Shown here: piece by piece, positions 38,880 to 52,559 of the stretch | How positions within the stretch are numbered: position 1 is the stretch's first letter | Layout of the letters: each line of letters opens with the position of its first letter | NCBI RefSeq assembly: GCF_006345805.1 | Contig: NC_043005.1 | Location: 53,444,001 to 53,508,000, forward strand | Length of the DNA: 64,000 nucleotides | Source: Octopus sinensis | Lineage: Eukaryota | Direction of reading: 5' to 3' | Notes under the pieces: generated by a model | The model's database searches: none | What the model was told of the DNA's origin: nothing | What the model saw: the letters and a program-made list of their open reading frames with translations, nothing else | Position numbers and translations under genes: made by a program

Positions 38880-39300
38880 ATTTAGGAGTGAATAATTCAG
38901 TTGACCGAACAATTAAATCTTCGCCGTTGGAAGACGGAGATCCACAACCGAATGAAGTCTAACGCTGGAAAATTTCAAGCGCTGTGCTATTATCACACAA
39001 ATACACCCCAACTTGCGTACACAGGACCGGAAGGCACTGTAATCCAAGAGTCACAGACAGTGAGAGACTTGGGGATCAGTATATTTGATGCTGCATCATT
39101 TCATATGCACATTACTATGATGGCAACACAGTGCAGACAACTAGTGGGATGGGTACTAAAGTCCTTCAAGACAAGAGGCGAAGAAGTCATATTGACCCTG
39201 TATACGATCTTTGTTTTTAGCCGCCTGGACTACTGCTGTTAGCTGTGGTCATCACCATGTGATGACCTTCAAGAGGACCTTGAAGTGATCCAACGTTATT
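38880..39300 (+). pseudogene. CR1/L2-group LINE RT C-terminal fragment
   Basis: N.MK.NAGKFQ...VRDLGI..D...FH.HI......LVGWVLKSFKTR.EEVILTLY..FV.SRLDYC..LWS.P. Confidence 0.8.
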
Positions 39301-40929
39301 ACATATGTAGGTATATTACGCATACATTTACATACATACATATATGAGTATTAGATACCCACATATACGCGTCGAAGACATATCGTTGAATTATTTCCTA
39401 ATATTGTTCCAGTGTAATAGTAGTTGTGATTCGCTGTGCACTATTGACGGTTGGTTCTTGATGTCGAATATTCTATGAGCTTGGCCACTTTTAAACCTCG
39501 AAGTTCCATTAACCAACGTAGTCTTATTAATAATACTAAAAATCCTGATACCCAATTTAACGGCGGTATGTACCCTTTGGATGCCTCCAGTAGAATCCAC
39601 TGAGCTTGAAGCACTTGAGACAAATGTCTGACCAGGCTTGATGATAAATTCTTTCAACCGATCAGTGATTTCCGAAAAGAAGTCATTGGAGTTGCTTTTC
39701 GTCTTCACACGAACACCAGTCAAGACGACCTACGGCCTGTGCGACTTTCTGAATTGCCCGCCAGTTTCACGCGGAAAAACAGTGTTTATCAAAATTGCAG
39801 TGCGTCCCATCTGGTAATCATCCATGTCTAACACAGCCCATTTCTTGGAAAAGGTGTCTCATACTTACACTAAACCACTAAAACAAATCCCACACATAGG
39901 AATACTCTGTCTCCCTCACTCTCTTTCTCTTTCTGTCTCTCTCTCTGTCTCTCCCACTCTTCCTTTATTCCTATCTCATGCACTCACAAGCAGTCGCTAA
40001 TGATCGATTTGGCCAATAAGATGGTGCATATAATCAAGAAACTATCCTTAGAACGAACAGAAAATATATCGATATTTACAAAGGTTTACAGTATTGAAAT
40101 ATATACGAAAAACTGATAATATTACCATTCTAAATTAACTAATGAATATACTACATTCATACAACTTATATCTAATATGATTATGTATTTAATATTGTAT
40201 GTTTAATATTCACCATTGATATGGCTTTATTTACAGCAAATTCTAGACTTTGGTGGGTTTTAACGTTTTTATTTGATACTATTGTATTTCTAACCTTTCA
40301 TAATTAATGCAATCATCTTTTACTGCGTTTTCAATCGACACGGCATAGTTTCAAAGGCTTGCCGTTCATTGTCTTTTCAGCGTTCTCAATCAATGTGACT
40401 GTGTATTTCAATTCAAATGTCTTTTTATGTCTAACTACTACAACTCCTACCCACTAACCCTAGAATCATCATCAGCACCACCGCTGTCAACACCACCACC
40501 ACCACCACCACCACCACCACCACCACCACCACCACCACCACCACCACCACCACCACTGCCGTCACCACAATAACAATAACAAATACCATTCAATAGGTCT
40601 TGGTTCAAACAATTCATTTATATATAAGTGTATAAGTATGTGTAAGTATGCATGTGTGTATGTGTGTGTAATATATATATATGTATATGTAATATATATA
40701 TATATATGTATATATGTATATGTATGTATATATGTATATGTAATATGTATATGTCTGTATATATGTATGTTATATGTATGTTATATGTATGTTATATGTA
40801 TATGTATATGTAATATGTATATGTATATATGTGTGTGTGTATTTCTGCGTGTGTATGTATGTGTATGTATATATATGTATGTATGTATATATATGCATAT
40901 ATATGTATACATTTATGTGCATATGTATG

Positions 40930-40970
<41 letters not shown>

Positions 40971-41629
40971 GCATGTATGTATGTTTCATTAAAGTTTCTT
41001 AGTCATTGCCTCCTATTCTTGTCATCGACATCACCATCGGTAATCAGCGACAGCAGCAGCAGCAGCAGCAGCAGTGGTTACAGCAACGGCTCCGCCATCA
41101 CCACCACTATCATCAATATAATTATCATTATTGATATTGTAATTAATGCGGTGGAATAGTAGAAACATAGAGTGCCGGATAAATGAGACAATTCATTAAC
41201 AACGTTAATATTACTATGATTATTGATTCATCATCATCATCATCATCATCGTCGTCGTCATCGTCGTCGTCATCATCATCATCATAACCATCACCATCAT
41301 CACTATCATCACTACCACCTTAGCTGTGACTACTACTGCTGCCGAACCGTCGCTACCGCAACCATCGTCGTCATCGTCGTCGTCGTTATCATGATGATGA
41401 TCATCATCATGGTCGTCATCATCATCAGCATCACCGTACACCACCCCGTACACCACCACCATCACCATCATCATCATCATTATATACTGTTTGCTATAGA
41501 GCAAGGGGTATGCTTGATGGTATATCAAATTTTGATCTGATTTTCGTAATCAGTATTATTTTGTTTCGTTTTGTTTATGCTGCTTGTGTCATTAGGAGGA
41601 TAAATAATAGTAATAATGGTTTCATATTT

Positions 41630-42025
41630 TGGCACAAGGCCAGCAATTTCTTTGTTGGGGGTGGGGATAAATCGCTTGCATCGACCTCAGTTCTTAACTG
41701 GTACTTATTTTATCGATCCCGAAAGGATGAAAAAGCAAAGCCGACCTCGGCCGAATTTGAACTCGGAAGATAAAGAAGGACGAAATGCTTCTAAGCATTT
41801 TGCCCCGTGTGCTTATGATTCTGCCCCCTCATCGCCTTAATAATGACTCTAGATTAAGACCAGCAAGTCCGGGGATAGAGGTAGTTGATTACTATTTATG
41901 GACTCCGAAAAGATAAAAGCAAAAGTCGACCTCGGTGGAATTTGAACTCAGAACGCGAAGTCAGAAGAAATGCCGGGTAAGCATTACCCCACCCCCGAAG
42001 TGCTAATGATTCTGCCAGCTCACCA
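41630..42025 (-). mobile_element. Two tandem tRNA-derived SINE copies
   Basis: ccgacctcggccgaatttgaactc and gtcgacctcggtggaatttgaactc cores. Confidence 0.7.
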
Positions 42026-42599
42026 TGTTAAGTGTAGTTGTGATAAGAACATGAATGTTGCCTGTGTCACTTTCGAGGAGAATATCAAAAGTAGGTAGAT
42101 CTAAGCAATAAACCTTAGATTCTTCAAACTCCCACCACACTTAGGTATGTATATGCAATTTTTTTTTCAACAAAATATCGATATCTTTACCAGTAACTCT
42201 CTCAATATTTATCTTATCGATATCGGAAGGATAAAAATGAAAACTGAGCTCAGCGGGATTTGAACTTAGAACGTTATAAACCAGAATGATTATGGTTTTT
42301 GATTTAGGCCCTAAGCCAGCAATTGTCAGTGAAGTGCGTAAGTTTAAACCATTGACAGCAACATTTAAAGTAAATGTTAGCCAAGAGACGTTATTTCTTG
42401 TCTTGTCGATGATGCGCATGCTTCACGCAACATGCTTGCAAAAAATGGGTCATTATAAACCTGGTATCAATAGAACTAATCGGTCGAAAGCTTTTGATTA
42501 AGACCAGTTTCATTACTTGGTGACTATCTTGAAGCCGGTCCGGTTCATTTCGAGCAGTCTGCGGAAGCTGGATCGCTGCTATGTACATTTGCTCGGTGG

Positions 42600-43260
42600 T
42601 CAAAGTAAATTGCCTCTCGTAAGAACGGTTCGGTCTATAAATGGTGTCCACTCTCTCCCCTCTGTACATATAGATGGTGAGATGTTAGAGGAGGCGAGTC
42701 TTTTTAAGTATGTGGGTTGGCTGAGGAAGTAGGATACAGAGTGAGGAAGAGAAGTACGATACTTGGAGTTGTGAAAGGTATGCTGAGAGATAAACGGTTC
42801 AGTATGAAAGAGACAAGAGGTGTGTTTGAGGGTGTGATTGTGCCGACAATATTATATGGTGCAGAAATTTTGGGTCTGAGAGAGGCGGAAAGAAGGCGAC
42901 TAGATGTGTTTGAGATGAGATGTCTGAGGGCTATGGTTGGTGTGACACGGATGGACAGCATGAGGAATGAGGAGGTGCGAAGGCGAGCAGGAATGAAAGA
43001 AAAACTAACAACCAAAATGGACAGACAAATGTTGAGGTGGTTTGGCACTATGGAGAGGATGGATGAGGAACGGATCGTAAAAAGGAGATAAAGGTAGAAG
43101 TAGTAGGCAACGGAACCAGACTCAGACCGCGGTTTGTGTGGGTGGAGTGAGGAAAGCTTTGATTGTTAGAGTTGTTGGAGTGAGAGAGGCAAGAGAGTCT
43201 ATAAATGATAGGAAAGCTTGGAGAGTGTTTGTGGACGGATGAGTGACCTTGATGTTGCTC
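42600..43260 (+). pseudogene. RTE-clade LINE RT C-terminal fragment
   Basis: IDGEMLEE..FKYVG...VIVPTILYGAEI..L...E.RRLDVFEMRCLR...GVTRMD..RNEEVRRR....LRWFG.MERMDEER. Confidence 0.85.
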
Positions 43261-43489
43261 AAAAGGGTACGAAACCAGCATGATGCGGCGGTGGTAAATC
43301 AGCATATGCTGTCGGGCTCCGCTGCTGATAATGTGGGTTTGCGTTCAATGCCTTGACCCGAGCATAGAACGGAGTTCGCCCCTTTGAGTTGGGAAATGAA
43401 TGGAATGCCTGCTGGCGTGTCTTGTTATGGCCACCCCCTCAGAAATATATCGGGAATAGGCCTGGGTATATATATATATATATATATAA

Positions 43490-44000
43490 TGGCACGTCGG
43501 GCGAAATGCTTAGCAGTCTTACGTCTGCAACTACGTTCTGAGTTCAAATTCCGCCCATGTCGACTATGCCTTTCATCCTTTCGGGGTCAATTAAATAAGT
43601 ACCAGTTACGCACTGGGGTCGATATAATCGACTTAATCTGTTTGTCTGTCCTTGTTTGTCCTCTCTGTGTTTAGCCCCTTGTGGGTAGTAAAGAAGTAGG
43701 TATTTCGTCAGCCGATACGTTCTGAGTTCAAATTCCGCCGAGGTTATCTTTTATCCTTTCGGGATCGATTAAATAGTATCATTTACGCACTGGGGTCGAT
43801 GCAATCCCCCCACAAATTTCAGGCCTTGTGCCTATAATGGAAAGGATTATTATTACCTTTATAACGGATTTTTCCAGCTCTATATTTTCTGAGTTCAAAT
43901 CCTGCTGAGGTCGACTTTCCTGTACCAGATGAGCCCTTGGATCGATGTAATCAATATATCCATTCCCCTAGGCTACAGGCCTTGTTTATATGGGCAACAA
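43490..44000 (+). mobile_element. tRNA-derived SINE multimer (core repeated up to three times)
   Basis: ttctgagttcaaat..cgcc..ggtcgac core at ~43536, ~43720, ~43887. Confidence 0.75.
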
Positions 44001-44763
44001 ATATCATTATTGATATTACTAACAGTAGCAGAAACACCAACAGCACCAGCATGGCAACAGTAATATCACCTATGATTGCCTACATCACCACGACCACAAC
44101 CAACACCATCACTTTGATTGTCACCATCATAACATTACTTTATCGTCAATTGTTCCCAAGCAAATGAATGCGCTGCGTGCGATATCTTATTTAGAAAAAC
44201 CACGTTTAACCTTTCCCCTGTCTGATTGTACGTGCCTAGATCTTCTTGTTTCTTATCGCATCTCTACTCCCGCTTAATACATCGCAGTGGAGGTAATAGA
44301 TGTAAGGACGACGTAATATAACTTTAGATTCGATAATTACTGAAGGTTGCTCTCTACACGAAGAGACTCGATTGTCTGCTTGTAATTTTACAGATTAAAT
44401 ACGTATTAGAGAAATCAAGAAAATTTCTTTGGATGTGATTATAACTATTATTTTTTTTTCATAGTTCTGATGGCATTCTGTCTTGTCATTTACAGACATC
44501 ATATTTTACATATGTATAATCAGATTACTGATATATATATATATATATATATAATATATATATACATACAAACATAAATTATGTTTATATATATATATAT
44601 ATAAATAATAGGCATGCATATAAAAATTAGAAATGTATTTTGTATGTTTGTACGTGTATGTATACGCACAAACATCGATATACATTAATATACATATATA
44701 CATACACACACATACCTATATACACTTTTATAAATAAATAAATAAATATATATATATATATAT

Positions 44764-44801
<38 letters not shown>

Positions 44802-46225
44802 TACAGTACGTTATGCTGATTTTATCTTACTCTAAATGTTCTCACCAATCAATCAAATAATCAGTGTTACATAGAATAAAGACTGACACTACCAAAACCG
44901 TTTTTACTGGCAGCAAATCTCATCCTAATCAAGCGAGATAATTGTTTTACTTCTTTCTTACATTTATTTATGATGTGTTTTTTCTCCTCGTTTATTTAGA
45001 TTTTTCTTTGATTTTTTGTTGTTCTTTTTTTCTGTGTGTGTATGGTTTTTGCATTAACCATTTCCGTTCCCTGATTTGCTACGCATTGTCATTAATGTTA
45101 AACTTCAGCAAAAATTAATGACGTTGCCGACAAAGTGCTCTTGCAACTCCTTCTACTGCAATACGTTATTATTTTTGTTGGAGGTATTGATTGCATGTTA
45201 CCAATATAACAGAGATTTCTTCATCTTTGCTAACGCTACACTAAATATATTATTTCTTATTCTATTGATGGAGTTCCAAAGGGACACACACACACATATG
45301 TATATGTATGTACGTATGCAATGCGTATGTGTTTGTATATACATGCATACATGTACTTCTTTGTGTGTGCGTGTGTATGGATAAATGCTGAAAGTCTACA
45401 ATGTTAACTAGAGTGCTCCAAGATTACTATTTCTTGTCCATCTGATGGCTCTTTCAATTTGCTAAGTACAAATCCCTATTACACAAATGTGATGCCATAT
45501 TTAGTTCCAGTTCCTTCTGTCAGTTTATTTATCTATTCACTTAGTTGAATATATTTCTTTGTTTCGAAAAAGTGTTTCATGGTTATTATTTTAGGCAAAT
45601 AAGTCCAGTCGGGGGACCTAGAAATATCTACGATATTTATTTTTGTACGCATATGTACACATGCATACATATATGCACGCATTTTCACACACAAACACAC
45701 GAACACGCTCGCGTGCATAAACACACGCACACACGTACTAATACAGACACACACACTCACACACGTACACACTTGCACAAACACTAATTCTCGCAGACTT
45801 AGGGAAACACATAAACTCTTTTCTTAGCGTCAGCCATTACACTTAGGCCATATTGTGGTAAACTATACAAAGATTTAGCCGATGGATCCACCCAATTATT
45901 TCATTGTTTCTTATTATATTGATTTCTGTTAGTCGCAGCACGTAGAAGTCATAAACGGAAGCAGATTTCATTACAGCAGTTTATTGGGCTATATTTTTTG
46001 TTTTGACTTTTCAGTTGGGGTCACCTTTTCATTGGACCCTGGTTCATCTAACTGCATTTTGTGAGAGTACACTTTGGCATTCTTCTTCTTCTTCTTCTTC
46101 TTCTTCTTCTTCTTCTTCTTCTTCTTCTTCTTCTTCTTCTTTCCTTAGATATTGTCCTTTATATCTTGGGCCCTTGTGACTAATAAAAGAAACCATCATC
46201 GTCATTATTATTATTATTATTATTA

Positions 46226-46270
<45 letters not shown>

Positions 46271-46279
46271 CATTATATG

Positions 46280-46792
46280 TTTGACTTTTGCTTTGTATTT
46301 GTGCAAGTTAACTCCAAGTCTCACCCACAGACCTCAAGAGACAAGTTAGAAGTTGAAGTTGGTGTTATAACTAGGGTGCCATATATTTGGTTTTGCACAA
46401 AATAATTGTCCTAAAGAATGTTTAAGAAAATCATAAGTTTGTTTCAAAATTTGAGATTATGGTGAGTGTATTTTACATAGGGTATCGGTAAATCCATGGA
46501 GCACTGTTTTTGAATTTCTGCCATATTTGGATTTCCTGGTATCTGAGCTTTGTACGAATCAACCCCCTTTGCTATAATTCCTATCGCACCTATAACAACA
46601 GGTATTGTTTTAGTCTTGAGGTTTCACATTTTTCCAATTTCTATTTCAAGATTTTTATGCTTGTTCAGTTTTCAGTAGGCCTTGACAGATACATTTATGT
46701 CGATTGGGACAATCATATCGATGAAGAGCCATGATTTCTGTTTGAAATCCTTCAATAGAATGCGTGGCCTATTCGCATCTATCTTTCTGATA
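46280..46792 (-). pseudogene. R4/Dong-like LINE 3' end (endonuclease C-terminus plus 3' UTR) within (TAA)n
   Basis: - strand ..IDANRPRILLKDFKQK..LFIDM.VPID.NVSVK...KL.K.KNLEIEI.KM...KT.PVVIGAIG; (TTA)n at ~46204-46275 and ~46795-46825. Confidence 0.75.
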
Positions 46793-46824
<32 letters not shown>

Positions 46825-46825
46825 G

Positions 46826-47380
46826 AGTGAGAGAGCAGTTCATGCCATCAAAGTGACACTGGGGTAAAATATACGAAGCCCAATATACCCATCATGACTA
46901 CCCGTCTGATAAGGGTACCCCAGGCACATGCATCATAACAATATGTGCGTGACATGGTGAGCTCATATCAAGATTAACAGCGCATGACCTTGCAGGTGGG
47001 GCCCAGTTAGAATTTTCTTCTTCTCGAGTAACACATACCGCTCAAAATGTCCCTGAAGAAGGGTTGTTTAAGGATGTTGAATGAAACATCCATGTTTCCA
47101 GAGGTGAATTATTGAAGCCCTAAAGAATCCCTCTCAACACATGTCTATGATGCTCCCCCACTAGTTCTGCTCGTGATCAGAGATGCATATATCGTCAGCC
47201 AGTAAGGGACATGCTCAACTGGTTAAGGCCAAACAACTGACTCGCAAATCTGTGGTATTGAGCAGAACATTTGCTGTAGCCCATCTTTTATACTAAGAGA
47301 AAACAATTTACATGACAATATTTCCAATCACTTAAGATCAGAAGCCACGAGCCACTGCCTGGTACTGCATCAGGGCATAT
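46826..47380. repeat. Probable interspersed repeat bounded by (TTA)n tracts
   Basis: GC-richer block between two TTA arrays; no second copy in the window, class uncertain. Confidence 0.35.
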
Positions 47381-47396
47381 ATTATTATTATAACTA

Positions 47397-47427
<31 letters not shown>

Positions 47428-48240
47428 TATTATTATTAAGGAGGTGAGCTAGAAGAATCGTTAGCACGCTGGACGAAATTAAGTACAAGTGAAGCCCTGA
47501 AGCCTATGTAATCGACTAGCCCCTCCCCCCAAAAAATTTTAGGCTTTGTTTCTAAAGTAGAAAGTATTATTATTGTTGTTTTTGTTGTTGTTATTGTTTT
47601 ATTTGTTATTGTTGTTCTTGTCTTCTAAATGTCACCTGATAAAATGAGGCATTTAATCGGTTCCATCGACCATCTGGAAAAGAAAAGAAATTAAATTTCA
47701 GCCGTATTTCAGCTCTGGTTGCTTTAACGAATCCGAAAACACATCGCGCTCGCCAAAGAAAACGAAAAAATGACCAAACATACTATATAATATGTAAACA
47801 ATATTAGTGTGTCACATAAGCCCAAGGACGCAGAATTTCGGAAAAAGTACACTGTTGTTTACTAAGCGGTTTACTGACTCCTGAACAATGAAAGGCATTG
47901 TTTACTTCAACAGCTTCTTCAACGCAATGGTTCAAGAAATTTTAAACGATGATCGTGCTTATACACTCGTGAAATACAATTGCAAATCCTTTGAAACCGA
48001 AGCGAATAGCATTTATTACCACTTTGAAGTATTCGGCATTTCTTTGTAGAATTAATCATTAATTAAGAAACAAGTTCTACCCAGAAATATACTCATTAGT
48101 GTATGGCATTTGGCGAAAATGAAAATGTCATCGCAGATGTTTGTGTGTTTATGGCGGAGAAATATCATTTAGATCCTTTAGAATGGATTCTGTTTTCTCA
48201 CGAATTTCTTTATGATATGCATTATATCTATATACATACA

Positions 48241-48274
<34 letters not shown>

Positions 48275-48689
48275 ACGTGCATCTCTCTCACTTGATATAT
48301 ATATATATATGTGTGTGTGTGTCTGTGTGTGCATGTGTGTCTGTGTGTATGTATATGCACAGATATATATATATATATATATGTATATATACGAACATAT
48401 ATATATGCATATATGTGAATATATATATATAGATATCATCAACTGAAAAATACAGTTGAACTAAAGACATTTTATCGGTAAACAACAATTAGTGACTACA
48501 AAAAGTGACGGTAAATACATTGACAAGAACCGAACAACGCCTTTGAAGAGATGTTACATTAATCATCACGTGAGGTTCACTATTTTATAAAGGAAAAAAA
48601 CAGCGTTATATACATATATTCATATATCATTAGGTACGTACATATATGTTTGTATGTATGCATATATTTTTATTTATCTCCTTATTGTC

Positions 48690-49440
48690 TGACAGCGCCC
48701 CGCATCAGGTTCGTTCCGATTCGTCGTTTCGATCCACTTCTTGGTCCCCTTTTTTTTTTTATATTAATATTATTATATTGAAGATGCGGTACTCTCTCCC
48801 TTTGCTTTAACCTCTTCAATCTTTCTCCCTCCCCCCCTCCCTCTCTCTCTTCGCCGCGTGTCCCCCTCCTCCTTCCCTCTTCCTTGCCTATAAAACAAAA
48901 TTCCTTTACACGTGGTTACCACTATTGAAAAGACTGCCTCACGCGCGCGCTGACTACACTTTCGTCCTTGCCAGCAAAAAGCTTCTTCGTTCGTCCCCTT
49001 GTGTGGTTAATTTCCTGTATAGTATTCTTGTTATTTTCTCGTTTTGTAACTAATTGTACTTTTTGTACATGTATTTTTATTTTTGCAGTTTTATGTTTGT
49101 CTATGCCAGAAAAAAGGCTTTTTCGTTCGTCCTCTTGTGTTGTTTTGTACTTGTATTTTAATTTTGCAGTCTTATTGTTACGTCTTGTTTGTGTTCGTAC
49201 TCATTGTGCCCCGCTGCTTGAAATTTTATTTTAATTCTCTCGCAGGAAGGCCTATTGGATTAGTGTTCTGTTATGCCTTCGAAACATGCCTGACTCCTCT
49301 AGCGACAGCTGATGACGGGGGTTTTGTCCTTGTGTAACCTGTCCTGTATTTGGTTTTCGTTCCGTTTTTTTTCTTGTTTTTTGTTTTTTGGCTTTTTCTG
49401 TTTCTACGTCTTATTGTGATGTCCTGTACTTCCGTATAAA
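48690..49440 (+). mobile_element. Possible PLE pLTR-like segment with degenerate hammerhead (49236-49292)
   Basis: gaaggc...gccttc stem then GAAACATG; upstream core degenerate (cgcagga); pyrimidine-rich composition and internal repeat ttcgttcgtcc(c/t)cttgtgtg. Confidence 0.35.
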
Positions 49441-49532
49441 TTTATATATGCATGTATATATACATGTAGATGTAGGTACGTACATATATGTTTGTATGTA
49501 TGCATATATATTTTTATTTATCTCCTATATTC

Positions 49533-49600
<68 letters not shown>

Positions 49601-49699
49601 TGTGTGTGTGTGCGTGAATGTTCGAAATGTTTCCATTAGTCAAATATCAGGCGTTCTGAGCTGACTAACTTGTTTAAAGCGAGAATTAATTTTTTCATG

Positions 49700-49855
49700 A
49701 CAAACTGCAATGCAAAGGGTCTGTTTCCCAACCACATGGTTCCGAGTTTAGTGCCACTGCGTAGCAACTTGCGCAAGTGTCTTCCCCTGTAGCCTCAGGC
49801 TGACCAAATTCTTGTAAGTTGATTAGGTCGACGGAAACTGAAAGACGCCGGTCGT
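49700..49855 (-). mobile_element. Composite SINE head/core
   Basis: Reverse complement of the 10648 type (ttgcgcaagtgtcttc...aaactgaaagacgcc). Confidence 0.65.
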
Positions 49856-50275
49856 ATATATATATATATATATATATATGTACATACATATGTGTGTGAG
49901 CGTGTGTGTGTATAGGGAGCAGTATTATATCGACCCTCATTGTACCACGTCCAGAACTACTTACCTCCCGCACACAATTGTTTTTAGTCTGGGATCAGTA
50001 GACCCAACACCGTTTGATATTCGGTACGCATTCAAAGCCAGTGAACAGCAAAGACAATACCAGTTTGACTTTGAATCTCTTTAACAATTCAAAATAATGA
50101 ATTTATTTCCTCTCAATTCTACCTCAGTTCATCTAATTGTATTTATTTATCGCTACTTTTCATAAAAAAACGCCTTTATGTTTTTTGATATTCAATATGC
50201 ATTTTCGGTTTTTCTTCTTACTTTCCTTATATCTTTTCCACGTGTAGTTTCTATGTACTTTTTGAAACATGTTTC

Positions 50276-50330
<55 letters not shown>

Positions 50331-50384
50331 GTGTGTGTGTGTGTGTTGTGTGTGTGTGTGTGTGTATGCATGAATGTGGTCTGT

Positions 50385-50560
50385 GTTTGTCCCCCACCAT
50401 CGCTTGACAACCGATGCCAGTGTATTTACGTCCCCGTAACTTAGCGGTTCGGCAAAAGAAATGATAGAATAAGTACTTACAAAAAATAAGACCTGGGTCT
50501 ACTTGTTCGACTAAAGGCGGTGCTCTAGTATGGCCGCAGTCAAATGACTGAAACATGTAA
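50385..50560 (+). mobile_element. Composite SINE tail
   Basis: tgtttgtcccccaccatcgcttgacaaccgatgcc...cttagcggttcggcaaaag...ggcggtgctc. Confidence 0.7.
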
Positions 50561-50789
50561 CAGAGCTACATGTTACGTGTATACGCACACGCTTGCACAC
50601 GCACACATCCACACGTCAAAATCACTAGCTCCTATCCACACGCACAGACACCCTCTCACATATACACACACACGCTCACGTTCGTTTTGAGATCACTATT
50701 ATCTCCCCTTCTTCCTAGCTCTCTTGTCCAACTACCTTTTTCCAGCCAGTCGTCATGACCGATTACTAAACCCATAAGTTTTTTTAAAA

Positions 50790-50935
50790 TTCGCTCTCTC
50801 TGTATATTTCCTCGTCTTCCTTTCTGTTGAAGGCTCGAAACGTAAAAGACTTTCCTTCCCGGACGTCAAACTAATACACCTGCTTGTTGTTTATACACCT
50901 TTCTTCGTCTTTTGTTTTTCTGTAAATTTCAACTA
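50790..50935 (+). mobile_element. Probable PLE pLTR fragment with degenerate hammerhead (50814-50850)
   Basis: gtctt..tt CTGTTGA aggctc GAAA cgta aaagac ... gacgtcaaactaatac; same family as 38421. Confidence 0.55.
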
Positions 50936-50967
50936 TACATATATATATATACATACGAGATAATTTA

Positions 50968-51551
50968 GGCCATGGGCTAGTGGGGGGAGCGGTCATAGTG
51001 CACCACCCTTGTGATTTAATTTAAAGGGTATTTTCATGTAGCCCTGGGTCTCACAAGCCAGAAAATTGATGTTGCCAGCAAAAAAACTGGGATAGAAAAT
51101 ACCACACCCAATTTTACAGCTGGAGGCAGAAAATTAGCGGCATGGAAAATTCAAAAAGCTTTAAGTTAGCAACTCTTCACCAAAATATTTCAAATGACCA
51201 CTTGAAATGATTGCCTGGTCAAGATCTACAAGTTCATGCAACTGATAAGCAAATTCATTCTGTAAAAAGGTCACGAACTCTGACCTTTACCTATAATATC
51301 TCGCATTCACAAGTTTTATTTATCAACATGACCATATAACGTTTTTCATGTAGCCCTGGATCTAACAAGTCAGAAAACATTCATTGCCAGCAAAAAGAAA
51401 ATAATAATAATAATCTGGGATGGAAGATACCACGCCCACTTTTACAGGCGGAAGCAGAAAATTAGGGTATGGAGAATTCAAACACTTTGCCAATTTTCAC
51501 CAAAAGTAAAACACAAGGGTAGTGTACCACGACACCCACTAGCCCATAGCC
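50968..51551. mobile_element. MITE with ~50-bp TIRs and internal ~310-bp direct duplication
   Basis: ggccatgggctagtggg...cacccttgtg versus cacaagggtag...cccactagcccatagcc; TA/TWA flanks; ttttcatgtagccctgg repeated at ~51031 and ~51343. Confidence 0.65.
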
Positions 51552-51733
51552 TAATTACCTAGCATAAAGAAATAAGTCCTGAGGTCAATTTGTTCACCTA
51601 AATCTATCAAAGCAGCACACCAGCACGGCCAAAGTTCAATGGCAGAAAAAAATAAAAGGTGTAAACAAAATATATATCATACATGTACAGAACCCGCACC
51701 ACATGTGAGTGTGCTTACATGTGTACTTGTGTT

Positions 51734-51787
<54 letters not shown>

Positions 51788-52384
51788 TGTGTGTGTGTCT
51801 GTGTCTGTGTGTGTTTCTATATTCTGTTTTATTTCCTTTATATCTTCATATTTGAAATTTCGTGTTCTAAGACAATCTAACTCAGAAATTGATTTTGTAA
51901 AAGTTCCTTGTAATCGATCGGTAGTTAGAGAATACAGCGACACTTTCCGTCCTCGTGTGTGCTCCAGGACCGTTAAGTCCGTGGACTAAGCGTAGCAGGA
52001 GAACACACGATAGGGGAAAGTGTCGCAGAAGAGGACGCAGGAGAAAGAAAATAATTTAACATATTACAATGAGTATGCCCATACAGACACATATATTCAT
52101 GCGCAGGCGCACACACACAAACATATTCACCAACACAACACAGATACACAGACACACATACATATAAAAAAAAACGATCTGATTTACGTATATATATATA
52201 TTATATATATATATTATTATATATTACGTTATATATATAATATATATATATACGTATATATATATATATATATTATATATATATATATATAATATATACG
52301 TATATATTATATATACGTATTATATATATATCTATATAATATATTATATATATATATATATATATCTATATATATATATGTATG

Positions 52385-52421
<37 letters not shown>

Positions 52422-52469
52422 GTGAATTGAAGAAATGGAGCTGAACGCAGATTGAACAGAAATCGTTTT

Positions 52470-52559
52470 ATTTCATTCTACACGTGTTTCGAAAGGCACA
52501 AATTACCAAAATCCGATTGAATAATGGGACCATATTGTGTCTTTCTCTTCAGGAAGAAA
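52470..52559 (-). ncRNA. Type I hammerhead ribozyme in PLE pLTR
   Basis: tcttcag 52546-52552, gtttc 52486-52490, acgt, tac 52479-52481. Confidence 0.88.
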
